Shown piece by piece: positions 35,525-49,414 of a stretch of 64,000 bases of DNA. This stretch comes from Vitrella brassicaformis CCMP3155 (lineage: Eukaryota; Protista; Chromerida). Below the pieces are notes generated by a model. The model saw only the letters and a program-made list of their open reading frames with translations. It did not search any database and was not told the DNA's origin. The translations under genes were made by a program, and so were the position numbers. The DNA is taken from the NCBI GenBank assembly GCA_001179505.1, contig CDMY01000047.1:1-64000 (forward strand). Direction: 5' to 3'. Each line of letters begins with the position of its first letter. Position 1 is the stretch's first letter.

Positions 35525-37545
35525 TCACGACGCCACATAGTGAAAAGTCCCATACTCTGACGTCAACAGCACCTCATTGCGACCTGCACACACAGAGAGG
35601 GAGGGGCACAGTTCTGTCGCCTTGGGCGTGTTGGATATTACTGACTGGCCTTGTGGGTCTTGTGTGGCCTCTATCTTGCCGACCACCTTGCAGTCCAGCT
35701 TGAACTCGCTGCAGCTGGACTGAACCGCACTCACCAGACTCTCAGGACCATATATCTGTTCGTTCCAGCCAACGGACAGCCGAAAGGGAAGGAAGGACTG
35801 TCCGTGTGCGCCGTGCGTCAGCTCGTATTGTGTGTGTGTACCTCCATTCTGTGTCCCATGTTGAAGACCTGGTACATCTCTTCCCACGAGGCCTTCGAAC
35901 ACCTCTGGATCTCCTGCAGGCAGGCAGGCACCAATTTCATTTCAAGACACACATAAATGAGACGCACACACGGCACGGACACACGTGTGCGTCTCCAGGA
36001 GCAGCGCACAGCAGGTCATCTATCTATTCTACCCACCTTGAACAGTGGGGGGCAGGGGAACAGATTGTCCTTGACGTACCGCAGACGCTAATTGACGACA
36101 CACACAGACAAAGATAAATCGACACCTGTCCCTGCATGAGTGAATGCAGCCTTTCCTTTCCCTGCACTCACTATGTACCTTTCCGAACTTCATGCACTTG
36201 GTCTGCCCGCCACCAGAGCAGTGAATCACACCACGCACCTATGGACACACACACAGATAGATGGACACACAAGCCACACGCGCCTCCCCTCCTCTCTGTC
36301 GCATTCCCCCTCCCCCACCTGTTTCCTGTATGTGTTGAGGAGTTTCTTGATGACGGGTGCGTAGGTGCGTGTGGGTGAGAGTATGGCCTGTCCGATGGTG
36401 AGTGGCGTGCCCTCGAGGGGGTCGGTGAGTGAGTGGGGCCCCTGGTAGACCAGCTTGGTGTCGATGTTGGGGTCCGACGTCTCGGGGAACTTGTCCAGGT
36501 AGTCCTTCCGCAGCAGCTCGTGACGCGCCATCGTCAACCCATTGCTCGCTATGCCGCTGCAGCCACGGATATCAATCACATACATGCACACAGATGCACA
36601 TGACCACCATGGCCACCATGCCGCCCACGCTCTCAGTCACCTGTTGTATGCGCTTTCATATGTGGTTTGTCCGGTGCTGGAGAGGCCGATGATGACGTCC
36701 CCCGGCTGCATCTCCTCGTTGGTGATGACCTCGTCGCGGCGCATGCGGCACGTCACCGTGCTGTCTACAATGATCGTCCTAACCAAATCCCCTACACACA
36801 CGCATAGACAGACGGACGGACAGACATGCTGCTGCTGCTGCTGCGTGGAGGTGTGTATGGCTTGACTCACTCACTCACCGACGTCGGCAGTCTCGCCTCC
36901 GGTGGTGATGAGGGGCACTCCCAGGGAGGAAAAATGGCGGGCGATCTTCTCGTTCGAATTAATTATCGTAGAGATGACCTAAGGAGATAGATAGATGGAC
37001 ACACCGAAATGGAGAACAAGTAGACGAGGCGCGTCACTCTCTCTCTCCTATGGCGCACCGCACCTCTCCCGGTATGACTTTAGCGTTTCTGCCGATGGTG
37101 TTGGAGAGGAGCATGACGTCGCAGGCACCCACACAGAGGAGGTCGTCGGTGTTCATGACGATGGCGTCCTGTGATATGCCCTCAAACACCGACACGTCGC
37201 CAGTCTCCTTCCAATACATGTACGCTATGGCTGACTTGGTCCCTGTGGGCAAACACGTATGCACACACACACACAGACATGTATATGACGAGTGAGTGAG
37301 TCGATGGTGTGTGTGTGTGGCTGACCTGCCCCGTCTGCATGCATCACAATGCAATAGTCCTTGTCGCCACACAAGTGATCCTCAACGACCTGTGCACACA
37401 CACTTGTCGATTCATTCATTGCGTGGCGTGCTGTGTGGCTGACCTTGCAGAATGCGCTAGGGAAGAGGCCCTGGTCGACCTTTGCAATAGCGTTGTGGAC
37501 ATCCTCCTTCTGATGCGACACGCCCCTGTCAGCGTACCGACTCAT
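35525..37545 (-). CDS. purM: Phosphoribosylformylglycinamidine cyclo-ligase (AIR synthetase), Bacteroidetes-type, about 9 introns
   Basis: MSRYADRGVSHQKEDVHNAI, MHADGAGTKSAIAYMYWKETGD, VMNTDDLLCVGA, GGETADVGDLVRTIIVDSTV, SNGLTMARH, LSPTRTYAP, HCSGGGQTK, EMYQVFNMGHRME. Confidence 0.93.
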
Positions 37546-38159
37546 CACGACGCACACCCGACGGTGCACCTCCTGTGTGACCCTGGAACGGGCGGACACT
37601 CGCAGATCTGGGTAGACTGGGTCTTGTGTGTGGAGTGGGCGTCGCGCCACACGGCTGCCTTTCCCTTCCGCGGCGTGAGACGCGACACATTCTGCGAGCT
37701 CGTGATCGATACTCAAACCCTGAAACCTGAACCCTGCCAATTATCATCATCTCGAAGCCGAGACGATTTGAGCGATTGGACACTGACTCTGACGAAGACG
37801 CCCATTTGGGCCGCAAAGCGTGCTTGATGAGCCTGACGTGATGGTGATGATGCACCTGGCACTCACCTGGCCCCCCAAAGGCCTCAAAGTTTCAAAGGCC
37901 CAAACTGACCAGAAGGAGCGTGGTGAGTCCGCCAGTGTCGGCCAGCTGACCGGGAAGGGCGAGGAAGGCGGCGAGAATCAGTTTTCTCGACGAGACACCC
38001 CAGATTTTCGCTCTCCAGCCTTCTCTGGGCCTCCTCTGGGTGTGCGACCAGCTGCAGCAACGGAGGCTCAAACGGTCCCAATATTGGGCTGGTTGTTGGC
38101 TTCTGTGGTCTGCGCCGTCACGGACGGCAGCGTGCTGTCGTGGTCGGCGCGCATCGCTC

Positions 38160-39889
38160 TGATGTGCAAGCCGAAGGGCGTCGACATCGGCGTCAACATC
38201 CTCAAGGCCCGAGAGGAGAAGAGGGAGAGGAGGCGCAAGGCGGAGATCAAGAGGAACAAAGGGCTCGTCCGAGAGGTGAGAACATCATTGCCTTTGTCTT
38301 GACATGCATCTCTGGTGATGATTCTGCTGGTTGTGCAGCCAACGCCACTCGCTGCCGTCGGCACCCTTCGGCGGCCGCAGCGTGTACAAACCGCAAATCC
38401 CGAGGGTCGAGAGAATCTCCGATGTGATCGACAGCGGTATTTGCTCAGGCACACACGCTGGTATCGTCTCCTGGACTGGGCGGGCTCGTGGCTTGCTGAC
38501 GCTCTTTTACAGCAAAGAGCCGCCGCAGGCAGACAAGGTCCGAGAGCCGTTTATAGCTATGAAAGCCCCTCGTCTTGACGCGGACCTTGCTCGAGACGTC
38601 ATTCAGCAGCCGCAGCCGGCTCGCCCGAGCCCGTCAAGCTCAAGGCGGAGCTCAATGGGCCGGAGGAGAGCGGGGGAGGGAGATGGAGCCGAAGTTCATC
38701 GAGCTGCTGGACAAGATCACCTTCACCGGTGCGCACGAAGCACATGAAATAGCGAGGACGGGGAGGGAATGTGCGATGAGGAGAAAGCCAATGAGACATG
38801 CAATGTGTGTCGTGGAATTTGTGGGCGATGACTTCGCCATATGGAACATCCCACTAGGAGGACTCGTACGCTCACAAGACGTTCACACATATAGAGAGAG
38901 ACAGAGAGCGTGTTTCTTGTACATGTATGCGTCTCACGACACCACGCCCACGCCCACGCCGATACCCACCACCAACCCGACGCGGACGCCCCCGGACGCC
39001 CTCTGCAGGAGGGAGATTGCCGCCCTGGAGAGGAAGATTGACGAGCTGTTCGTGCGTCTGCNNNNNNNNNNNNNNNNNNNNNNNNNNNNNNNNNNNNNNN
39101 NNNNNNNNNNNNNNNNNNNNNNNNNNNNNNNNNNNNNNNNNNNNNNNNNNNNNNNNNNNNNNNNNNNNNNNNNNNNNNNNNNNNNNNNNNNNNNNNNNNN
39201 NNNNNNNNNNNNNNNNNNNNNNNNNNNNNNNNNNNNNNNNNNNNNNNNNNNNNNNNNNNNNNNNNNNNNNNNNNNNNNNNNNNNNNNNNNNNNNNNNNNN
39301 NNNNNNNNNNNNNNNNNNNNNNNNNNNNNNNNNNNNNNNNNNNNNNNNNNNNNNNNNNNNNCCCCCGCAAAGCCAACACCACAGCCACCGCCCACCAGCA
39401 CAGCCACCAGCACCGTGCTCTACAGGGGTGCAAGCCCTGTCCACCGAATTGCTGGTGGCTGGGCGGCAATATCACAATATGGACAACGGTACTTGTCATG
39501 ATCGGCGAACTGGGGGTGGTATGGCTCAGCATGATGATTGTCCACTACTGCAGCCAGGGCGCTTCGACAGGCGGGCTGGCGGAAATGGTATGTTCTGTTC
39601 ACCCAGACCAATTGCTTATACATGTATCTGTTCTCGTGTGTCTGAAGGCACTGTATGCGATGCTCAGGGTGCCGTGAAGGAGTGTTTGAAGAAGAAATTC
39701 GACAAGAATGACCTCCGCATGAAGTTCGCCGCCGAACTGGGCCTCCTCGTGCTGAAGATCAATCACAGACATGGCTACAAGCACAAGGACTTATACGAGA
39801 AGATGGTGGGGCTGTCGTGGAAAAAGGTCGCCCTGAGGGGTGTCCAATACTGGGTGGGCATAGCAACGACACAGAGGAAGGTTCGGTGA
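38160..39889 (+). CDS. Hypothetical or degenerate gene spanning an assembly gap
   Basis: Coding-like segments (MCKPKGVDIGVNILKAREEKRERRRK; EIAALERKIDELFVRL; KECLKKKFDKNDLRMKFAAELGLLVLKINHRHG), but I could not build one consistent spliced frame. Confidence 0.35.
39062..39361. other. Assembly gap (300 N)
   Basis: Directly visible. Confidence 0.99.
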
Positions 39890-40491
39890 GTGAAAGGTGA
39901 TGACTCCATTCTCTTGTTCAGATGGAAATCACAGCGGCCTCGCTGCCTCGCTGCCTCTTAAGATCGACGTGCACAGGGAGCATTCAAGACCCGATCACTC
40001 CCTCAGGTGGCCATGCTAGCGAGGGCCGGGAAAGGGGCAGTGTGTGTGAGGTGATGCTTGGATGTACGTATGTGCCGGCGACGCTGACGCGTGTTGGACT
40101 GGTGTGGATGGGTGTGCGGGAGGGGGGAAGTGGTGTAGGGGGAAGTGGTGTGTGACGGACGAGAGAGAGAGAGAGTGAGTGCCTTGATCAGATGCGACGG
40201 GATGGACACCATCTGTCAACGTCATGTATGTCCGATACTGTGTGTGGGCATTCATGCCATGTCAGTGAGTCATCCATCCGTCCATGTAAGCATTCAAAAC
40301 AGCCAAACAGACCATCGCCTCAGACAGTCAGACACACACACCAGCCATCAAACAACCGCTTCGCCACTCGCCCGCCTCCCACCCTGGCTGGCCGCTCGGT
40401 AGTCTCCCAAGCACCAGCCAAGGTGAAGAGGTGCGAGGCTAAGAAGCCGCTTGAAAGCTCGGTGTTGGTGTGTACGGGGGAATCAGGGTCA

Positions 40492-41195
40492 TCATATGTT
40501 GGATGGGTACATCATGACTCGGACAGGTGCACCGAATGACTTGGGCGGAAGGGCCGAGGTGAAGCGGGCACGGACCACACCGCTGTTGCCGTGCGGACGA
40601 CGCACCTTGCCCCATATCGCCTAGCGCACAGACACACCAAAACACGCGTTGAGAGAACCGTGCCTGTGTGCGTGCCTTGTGCTCGTGTGCCTCACTCCCC
40701 TCCTCCCTCGCTCTGCCCGTGCCGTGCCGTGCATTCTTAGATCCGTACGCACCCTGAAGCGTGATCCCTTGACCATCTTCTTGGCCTTGTAGACGTAGGC
40801 CACCCGTTTGCCGAGGTACCAGTTGGCGTCGTCGCGCGTGTTGACGCCCTGGATCTTCAAGAGGGTGCTGTTGGGGTCCTGATTCACCTTACTCCTGTCC
40901 ACAGACAGACACACACAAACACACACCAACAAACAGACAGGCGCAACGCAAACACGCAGTCAGTCACTCAGTCAGCGGAAGATCCCGCCGATTTCTCCCT
41001 CCCCTCCCCTCTCTGACTGTCTGTCTGTCTGATGCGTGTGCACCGGCGATCTGCCTGCCTGCCTCCTGCTGGCCGACAAATGAGCTGCGAGTGCGTCACT
41101 CACCTCTTGTATCCCAGCACGACGCCCTTCTGGTACAGCCGGACGGGCTGTTTACCCTGCTTCTTGATGCTCTTCCTCACCTTCTCCTCAGCCAT
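40492..41195 (-). CDS. RPL35A: 60S ribosomal protein eL33 (L35a), 3 exons
   Basis: [13 protein letters not shown]|[38 protein letters not shown]...|[20 protein letters not shown]...[11 protein letters not shown]. Confidence 0.97.
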
Positions 41196-41442
41196 CTCAA
41201 ACCACCGGACGGCGAATCACCGATCTTCTCTCTGAGCTTGCAGTTCAGTTTCGCGATTGACCCTTAACCGACCGACCGACCGACAGAGGCCGTGTTGCTT
41301 TCAGTTGCCGTGGAGTATCGACAGGTGGGCAGCGACCACATTCCTGCAGTGCAGTGCAGTGCCCGTGGAGGAAGAATGAAAAACTGCGCTTTCTGTTGAT
41401 TGTGGTTGCCGTCAGACACGTACGTACATCTACGATTGCAAG

Positions 41443-44400
41443 ATGATGGTGCACCCGCGTCAGGCGCGTGACTGGGCCAGGTTTGTAGGCAGGCCCAGAG
41501 GATACCCTGGAGAAGTCGACATACTGGTCAGCCCAGCTGCCGAGATGGATAGTCTCTTTGAAAGCACTCACTCTGTCAGACAGACGGATGCAGAGCAGAG
41601 CACCTCTCTCTGCGTGTGTCGTGTGTTGTGTGCTTCCAGCTCGACCCGCAGGACACACACAGCCCACGCAAGGGATTCCCGCCCTTGAGTGAGTGAGCTG
41701 AGCCTCCCGCTGGCGTGCGGGGCAAGCACACGACACAACAGCAGTTCATCCATCCATCTCTGCGCTATGAACCGTTCGTTTGTTGTGGTGCGCATTGTAT
41801 TGTGTCGTGTGTGGTGTGGTAGGTGACGAAGACGCGACGCACTTCGCTGAATGGCTGCAGCGTCCCGCGAACTACCAAACGATGATGTCCCCGGGTGGGT
41901 CGGTGGAGGGCCACAAATTTCCGCGCACGATGACTCACTGGTTCCACCGTCTTCTGATGTGATGTGATGTGTTGTGTTGTGTTGTGTTGGTGTTAGGCTC
42001 ATATCTTATCGGTGAGTCGGTTGAGTGTGTTTTGTGTAGCTTGTGGATGGATGTGTGTGTGTGTGTGTGTGTGAAGTCAACATGAACTGCAATAAGGACA
42101 AGCGCGAGAGCGGCCCTCACAGCCCTGTCATCGAGAGAGGGCTGCACAACAGCGGAACCATCGCCGTCATGGTACGTGCGTACCCCAGACAGCCGATCGA
42201 CAAGCCTAGCCTCACCAACCACACGGCACGGCACGGGCACGGCACCACCCCACGACCTGGCTGGCAATCAGCCATCGGCTAGGCTGGCTGCCTACCTCTT
42301 GTTTGTTTGTGATGTGCAGAATGCCTTCATTAGCCTAGCGCGCCGTCTTATGGAGCCAGCCCCTCCCCGTCAGATCCACCTCGATATACGCATACTCAAG
42401 CTGTACGCACACCCACCGCACCGCACCGAGGGAGGGAGGCGGGACAGGCCAGGCCAGCAGCACACCACCTGTCGCACACACACGCGCGTGTCACGCTCTT
42501 GACCTCGTGTCGTCGTGTGTGTCTGTCTGTCTGTGTGTGTGCAGGTATAGGAACCACATTAGCGACACGGGTGCCACGGCCATCGCGGACCTGATCCGTG
42601 CCCTGCCCACGGCTTTGGAGGAGCTGCATCTGAGCCACAACCACCTGACGGCCAGGGGCGCCAAGGCCATCATCGAGGCGTTCGACGACGGCCGCAAGAG
42701 GGGCCTCTACCCCAAAAACAGGGGCGGCCCATTCCCTGTCTGGCTACGCATGGTGAGGGAGGGAGGGAGGGAGGGAACAGACGGGTGTGAGTAGATTGGA
42801 TTGATGTGTGTGGACGGGGCTGACCTGACCTGACCGGTCTCTGCTTGCCGTGCGTTTGTAGGAGAACCAGATCACCCCCGGAGGCATCGATGGGCGAGAG
42901 CTCAACGAGTTCCTTGTATCCAGGAAAATCACATTCTGTCAGGAAATGTAGGCTGGGCACACACGCCATCCCATTGGTTGAGGGGGGTGCCGGATGGTCT
43001 TGCTCTGTCTGTGTGTCTGTGAAGGGGGCGCGACGGGGGGCGCGAGACCTGTGGCACCAAGTTCTGCAAGCACTGGGTGGGCATACAGGGACACCACAGA
43101 CACACCACAGACACACACACACACACACACACACAGACAGACAGAGAGGGAGAGAGAGATATTGAGCAGTAGAGCGGGCGTGGGGCATTAGTTGGTTGTG
43201 TCACCCCTCCCTCCCTCCCTCCCTCCCTCCATTGGTCAGGACACCAGGAGGGGCGAGAGCTGCCCTCTGCTCCACCTGGGCACTAACGCCGAGATGCCAC
43301 CCAGTGAATACAACTTCACCAGGTGCGGCGCGGTGCGGATGTCAGCCACTCACTCAGTCAGCCAAGCAGATGAGAGAGATGCACATATTTCATACTGAGT
43401 GTTATGTGATTGATGACTGGTGCGTGCAGCAGAGCGCTTCGCGGCTCCAGCCGGCCCAGTACTCCAGCTCAGCAGCAGCAACAGCCACACCCCCCGCAGC
43501 AGCAGCATCCCTCAGCCAAGGTCCGTCCCTCCCCGTCCCCTGCCAGCCTCCCCCGACTCAACTCACACCCTGTTGGCCATCACAACAACCACCAGCCGCC
43601 TCCCCCCGCCCCCTCTGGGCCACCGGCACCTCCCCACCGACCCATGATTCACACGGGCGGCCCTGGCCCCTCCAGGGGCCCCCCCCACCTGCAGCAGCAG
43701 CACCAGCAGTATCAGCCTGTGGCCAAGCAGCACCAGGCGTCCACACCGCCCCGCACACCGTCCAACAACAGCACACCGCGGGCGTCTGTGTCGAGCGGCA
43801 CCAGTAGCAGCCTGGGGGCCGGGCCGTCTGGCACCACCACTGCCAAGGCCCCTGCTGCTGCTGCTGCTGGTGGTCCGCCGCAGGCCAACGGGCAGCAGGG
43901 CAGGCCGCAGCAGCAGACACAGCAGTACGTGCCCAAGCAGCAACAGCCGCCGCCGCCGCCCCCCGCCCCGGCGCCTCCCAGACAGCCGGCCCCGCCTCCC
44001 CCGAAGCAGCAGGCGCCCGTCCCGGCTCCGCCAAAGGTACCGGCCCCCGCACCTCCGAAGCAGCCGGCACCAAAGGCTCCTGCTGGGAGTGGTGATGGGG
44101 GTGCTGGTGTGGGTGTGAGGGGTCGTGTGGAGGGTAAGGGTAAGGCTCAAGGGGGTGGTGGTGGTGAGGAGGCGAAAGCGATGGAGGAGCTCAAGAAGAG
44201 CTATGCTATGCTTAAGAAACGGTCAGTGAGTGAGCAATACGGTTGTTACGCGAGGGACACGTGCTGACGTCCATCTGTGTGTGTGTGTGTGTGTTGATAT
44301 GTCATCCATCAGTTACTTGGAGGGTTTGCAGCAGCTCAAGGTGGTGGATGAGGCGCTCGGCTCCATCGAATGCACCATGTGCATGGACGCGTGAGCAGCA

Positions 44401-44753
44401 CAACACACGACACGACCATGTCAGACAGACAGACAGGCAGGCAGGCAGACAGACACGTGGGGTGTGCACATGACAGACATGTTGTGTGTGCGACTGACTC
44501 CCCTTTGTCTGATGTGATGCATACCTACCATGCAGCAAGAGGACCCACGTGATAGCCATGTGTGGACACACGAGTAAGGAAGCCCACACGGGGGGTGGAC
44601 ACACACCACAAGCCGCCGGATGTGTGTGTGTGTGTGTGTGTTTAATGTGCAGTCTGCAGTAGGTGTGCGAGTGAACAGCAGCTGGCAGCTGGAGGGAAGT
44701 GCCCCTGGTGCCAAAAGGAAATCTCATTCCTGCATAAGGTCGAGGGGTGGTAG
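41443..44753 (+). CDS. LRR + Pro/Gln-rich + C-terminal C3HC4 RING protein (putative E3 ligase); start uncertain
   Basis: RNI-like LRR (RNHISDTGATAIADLI...LEELHLSHNHLTARGAKAI), long P/Q-rich exon, and a RING split over exons (CTMCMDA..THVIAMCGH..VCSRCA...KCPWC...EGW*). Confidence 0.75.
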
Positions 44754-46629
44754 GTAGATGGATGGAGAGGCAGACAGACCAAGGGAGGTTAGCCTGCTGT
44801 GGGCGTGGTGGACAGAGACAAGAATTGCCTGCCTGCCTGCCTGGCTGCCCCTAGCTACACATCCACACACACATCCATGGCTGCCTGGTGTGTTGAGTTG
44901 TGTGTGTGTGGCGCCTGCTTGCTTCCTGCCCGGCTGTTGGCTGGCGAATTATATTAAGGGGCGGTGCGGTGCGGTGCCATCAGTCGTATGAACGCTGGAC
45001 GGCTGGCTGGATGGCTGGATGGATGGCATGTGCGTGCGTGCGTGCGTGCGTGCGTTTTTGGATGAGCCTTTCTTTATCTGTGCATAGTCCGAGACCGAGT
45101 GAATGAGTGAATGGCGTGTGCGCAACCGAAGGAGCGAATAAAGACTCATTCGGATAACACAACACGTAGGGGGTACGTACGAATGTCTGCCGGTAGGTCC
45201 GGTCCGCGCCGCACATGCACGCGTCATGTATGTCATACATGAGGGAGGGAGTATATCCCCGACCATCGGTCCGGTCGACCAACCAACCAACCAACCAACG
45301 AACCAGCCAACCAACTCCACTGTTCACTCCACAAACAGAGCGAGCAACCAAGCCATTCAGCCATTCATTCATTCATCATACACCTGTCCATCCGCCCGCC
45401 CGCCCGCCTGCCGGCCTGCCTGTTTGTTTGCCGCGTGTGCCCACAGGATGGTTTGTATGGTTATGGTTATGGTCACGGATGCATACATACGTAGTTAGTT
45501 AGGTACATTTGGATGGCATGGCCATGGATGGACAAGCTTGCAGCAGCATTAGTCAGTCAGTCAGTCAGTCAGCCAGTCAGTCGCCGTCTGTTTGGTGCGT
45601 CTGCGCAGTCAGGTGAGGTCAGGTGAGGTCAGGTCCGGTGATATGTGTAGCTACCCACAATTCGTCCGTCTGTCCGTCAAAAAATGCAAGAGTGCATGCC
45701 TGTCTGCCTCCCTGTCTGTCTGTCTGCCATCCCGCTCCTCCGCCCCACATCAATCAATTGAAATCCACAGGCCGGCCAGGCTGTGTTTCCTCGATCGAGG
45801 TGAGCTCGAGTGCGAGTGCGAGTAAGAGTGTCTGTCTCTACAGCAGCCAGCACGTGTGTATGGCGGCATGGCGACCTGTACACACAAGACAACACATCCC
45901 ACTCACTCTACTGGTCGGTGCATCATTCATCAATGGCATGCATGCATGAATGTCGGCCGCTCGCTGCAGAAAGACAGAGAGAGCATTCAAGCACGTCACG
46001 TACGCACCCCACCGCACATCGATCGACAATGGGCTGGGTGACGCACAGTCCGTCCGTGTCCGTGTCCGTGTCCGTCCTTCCCCCTTACGCAGCACCAGGC
46101 AGGCGTCTAGCCACACCCAACCCATGTATGTATCCCCAACCCCACCCACCCACCCCGTCCAGACGAGCTCAGATAAGCGATGGACAAGGCCGGCCGCATG
46201 AACCAGTCCCACTCAACCACCACCACCACCACCCAACACCAGCCGCAGGACACGAAAGGCCGCCGGTCGTCGACCCGCCTCTCTCCCCTCCTTACGCCCA
46301 CAAGCCCACCCACCCAGTCAGTCAGTCAGTCAGTCTACCCACCGCACTTACACTTACGCAGCCAACCAACAACCATCCAAAAATACCCACCAACCATCCT
46401 GCCCATGTGCATGGATTGCTGCAGTGCAGCGTGTGTCCATGTGTGTGCGCGTGTGTGTGTGTGGTTGCTAAGAGACTACTGGTAACTGCCTGCCAGCCTG
46501 CCAGCCTGCCATCCTGCCAGCCAGGTGACCCAGCCAACCGGACGGACGACGAGCGGCCGGGCCGAGCTTCAAAGTCTCAGTCGGTCGGTCCGCCTGTCCT
46601 GTCAGTGGCTTAGTCGATGTCTGGCTGGG

Positions 46630-49019
46630 CTATGGCGGCGGAGCGGCGGTCCGCATCTTGCGGAGCGACTCGGACACATGGGGGCTCAGGACCACCTGCA
46701 ATGCATTCAAGATCAGATCAACACAGACAGGTTAGTAACGACAACGCATACGTATGTAAGTCATGTACACATGCGATGCGATGCGATGCGATGCGATGCG
46801 TGTGGTAGAGAGAAAAGTGGTTCCCTCCCTCCCTCCGTCACTTACCCGTTTTCTTTGCGTGGGTGCGTGTGCCTCCACTTCGAGCAGCTTCCGTCTGAAG
46901 GCCTCCACCTCCTCGTCCTCACTCTCGCCCTCGCCCTCGCCCTCACCCTCGTCACCGGGCTCGCCATGATCGCCATGGTCAACATGGTGGTCATGGTGGT
47001 CATGGTGGTCCCGCTCGTCGCCGCTCTCGTGCGCCAGCTCCCCACTGCCCCCGTTGCTGCTGTTGTCGTCGGTGCTGCGGTTGGCGCTGCTCCCACATGA
47101 CCCCCCACCTGCCGTGTAGGCGTTGGGCGATCGCTCGTCAGTCTCATTGTGGCTGTGGCTGTGGTTGATGTTGATGTGGTCGTGCAGGCGCTCGTCGGTG
47201 AGGGGCGGGGTGTGGGTCTGCGTGGGCGGCGTGGCGGGCATCGTCGACGATGACTCGCTCTTCTTGATCTGCTCCCCCTGCCCCTGCTGCTGTCCACCCC
47301 CTCCGCCCTTTTTCTTGCCTCTGCGCGTCTTCTTCTGCGGCTTGTCGGGCGGCGCCTTGGGGGTGTCATGATGGTCGGTGGGTTCGTCAATGGCAGGCCC
47401 CTCGATGAAGCGCACGGTGAGGCCGGTGGGGAGGGTGTAGCCGCTGCCGTCCGCCATGGGCGTGGCGTTGAGCCGACGCATCTCGGCTTCGATGGATGTG
47501 GCTACAGCTTGAGGCTGGGTGGGGAAGGGCTGCTGCTGCTGCTGGGTGGGGGAGGTCGCCGAGGTCTTGTTGGCCGACTTCTTCTTGCCGCCAGACCTGC
47601 AGTGCAGTGCATCCATCCATCCATCCACACAACACACAACAGACAGACAGACACATTGGTGCCCATGAGTGAATGTGTTGCCGTGTGCCGCACTGGTTTG
47701 TTTTGACGTACGGATTAGGCTGTGGGCCCCCGGTGTGCTCGATGAAGTCCACCAGCTCGTCAACTGACAAGGCGGCGATGTCCAGCTGCAGCGAATCGTC
47801 GCACCGACCAGCAGTGAGGTCGTCCGTGGCGAATGGTGGTCTTGCCGCCTCGACGTGCTGCAGGGTGGCGCCTGGCGGTGGGTTGGCGTCTCGTGGCACC
47901 GTCTTGTTGCGCGACTTCCGACGAATCTGCCGAATGCGGCCACGGGCAACGTAATAGCCTCTGCAGACACACAGACAGACAGACATGGATGGAACAAACA
48001 GTCAGCTGTGTCGCGGGTGTCTGTTTTGTTCTGTCGTCGGCTGGGCTGTGTGGCTGTGCTGTATTGGCTGGGCTGGGCTGTTTGTGTGTGTACCTTACCT
48101 TGGCAGCGCGGCTTCTTCTTCTGGAGTGAAATCGTTCTCTATATGGAAAACCTGCCGGATCTCCTCGGGGGACCGGCCCTGCATCATCTTGGCTATAGCC
48201 TATGCACCCGCCACACACACGAGTGAACCACACACACCCACAGCTCCCTCCATGACATGAGCAGATCAGATTTGTATCAGTGTGCTGTGTGTGGTGTACC
48301 TTGCAAGTGAGGTCGACAAGTGGGCTGACGCCGAGGTGGAAGGCGGCGCTGGCGAGTTCGCACAGCTCTGGCGAGTCGAGTTTGACAAAGTCCTCGTCCC
48401 ACCGCCGCTTCTCCTTGTCGCTCAACCCTACACTGTCGCGATGATACCTGCACAACACAACACAACACAGCACAGCACAGCACAGCACACGGACAGGCGG
48501 ACGCACGCACATACAAAAGCACTTTGGCTTGCAAGAGACATCCATCCATCCAGCCAGCCATTCAGCACTTTACCCACCTGAGGAACTCGATGGCCTTCTG
48601 CAGCCCTCTCACGGGCACCGCCAGGTCGACTGGGGCGGGGTTGGTGACTTCAAATGCCATCATGGCGCCCTTGCCCGTCCCTTGTCCGCCTGCTGAGCCC
48701 GCGGTGCGTCTCGCCTGCGGCCCGTCCCGCTTGGATGACTGCCACGCCCGCTCGAGGAGGATCTCGCGCAGCTTGGGTGCTCCCGGGATCAGGTCCGCCT
48801 CTATCGGCACCTCCTCGCCATCCTGACACTGAATATGATGCACAGGCAACACGACGGGAGCACAGCCAACGCGTCTTGTTATGCCGCTGTTCTGTTGCCG
48901 CATCGCTCGCTGTCTGTCGTGGTGTGTGCGACCACCGTGTGTGTGGCTCCCTCACTCACCCGTACGGTGGTGATGCCTATCACCTTGAGAGTGGTGTTTG
49001 TGATCGCTCCGATGTCCAT
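46630..49019 (-). CDS. SKP1-like protein with long C-terminal extension (type II, ASK20/21-like); start approximate
   Basis: [36 protein letters not shown]|[29 protein letters not shown], then the extension motif [11 protein letters not shown] and a [10 protein letters not shown] basic patch. Confidence 0.85.
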
Positions 49020-49414
49020 CGCCACCAGCTACTGCATCACCTGCACCCAACCAGACACGCGAGAAGGGAGGGCATGAGAGGCGGGGACGACCGACTGACC
49101 ACACAAGGGCGGCGTCTTACCCTCTACTGCTTCCGCAGCTTCCCGACACACGAGTACTCGAAAGCGCCGCTGACGTCGACAGCTTCGGTCAAAAAACTGA
49201 ATCTGAATGCGCTTCGGCGTGTCACAGGGAGCCAAGAAAAGCTCCACAAAGTGCCAAATGGCTTTCGAAAGCTCGCTTCCGATTGCGAGCTCTCGGCCAT
49301 CTGCGAGCCTAGCCTTGAGACCTTTTCTTTTGGACCTTCTCCCCGTCAGGGCAGCCATCCTGTATGTGGATGAGCTAGCCACTTCTGCGGGGCGAGAATC
49401 GTTCTGCCGATATC

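Noticed and set aside
44800-46600. Many short ORFs in the LRR-RING/SKP1 tail-to-tail spacer (also 13400-14850 and 56520-57600)
   Set aside because: They are translations of microsatellite-rich non-coding DNA with no coherent exon chain.
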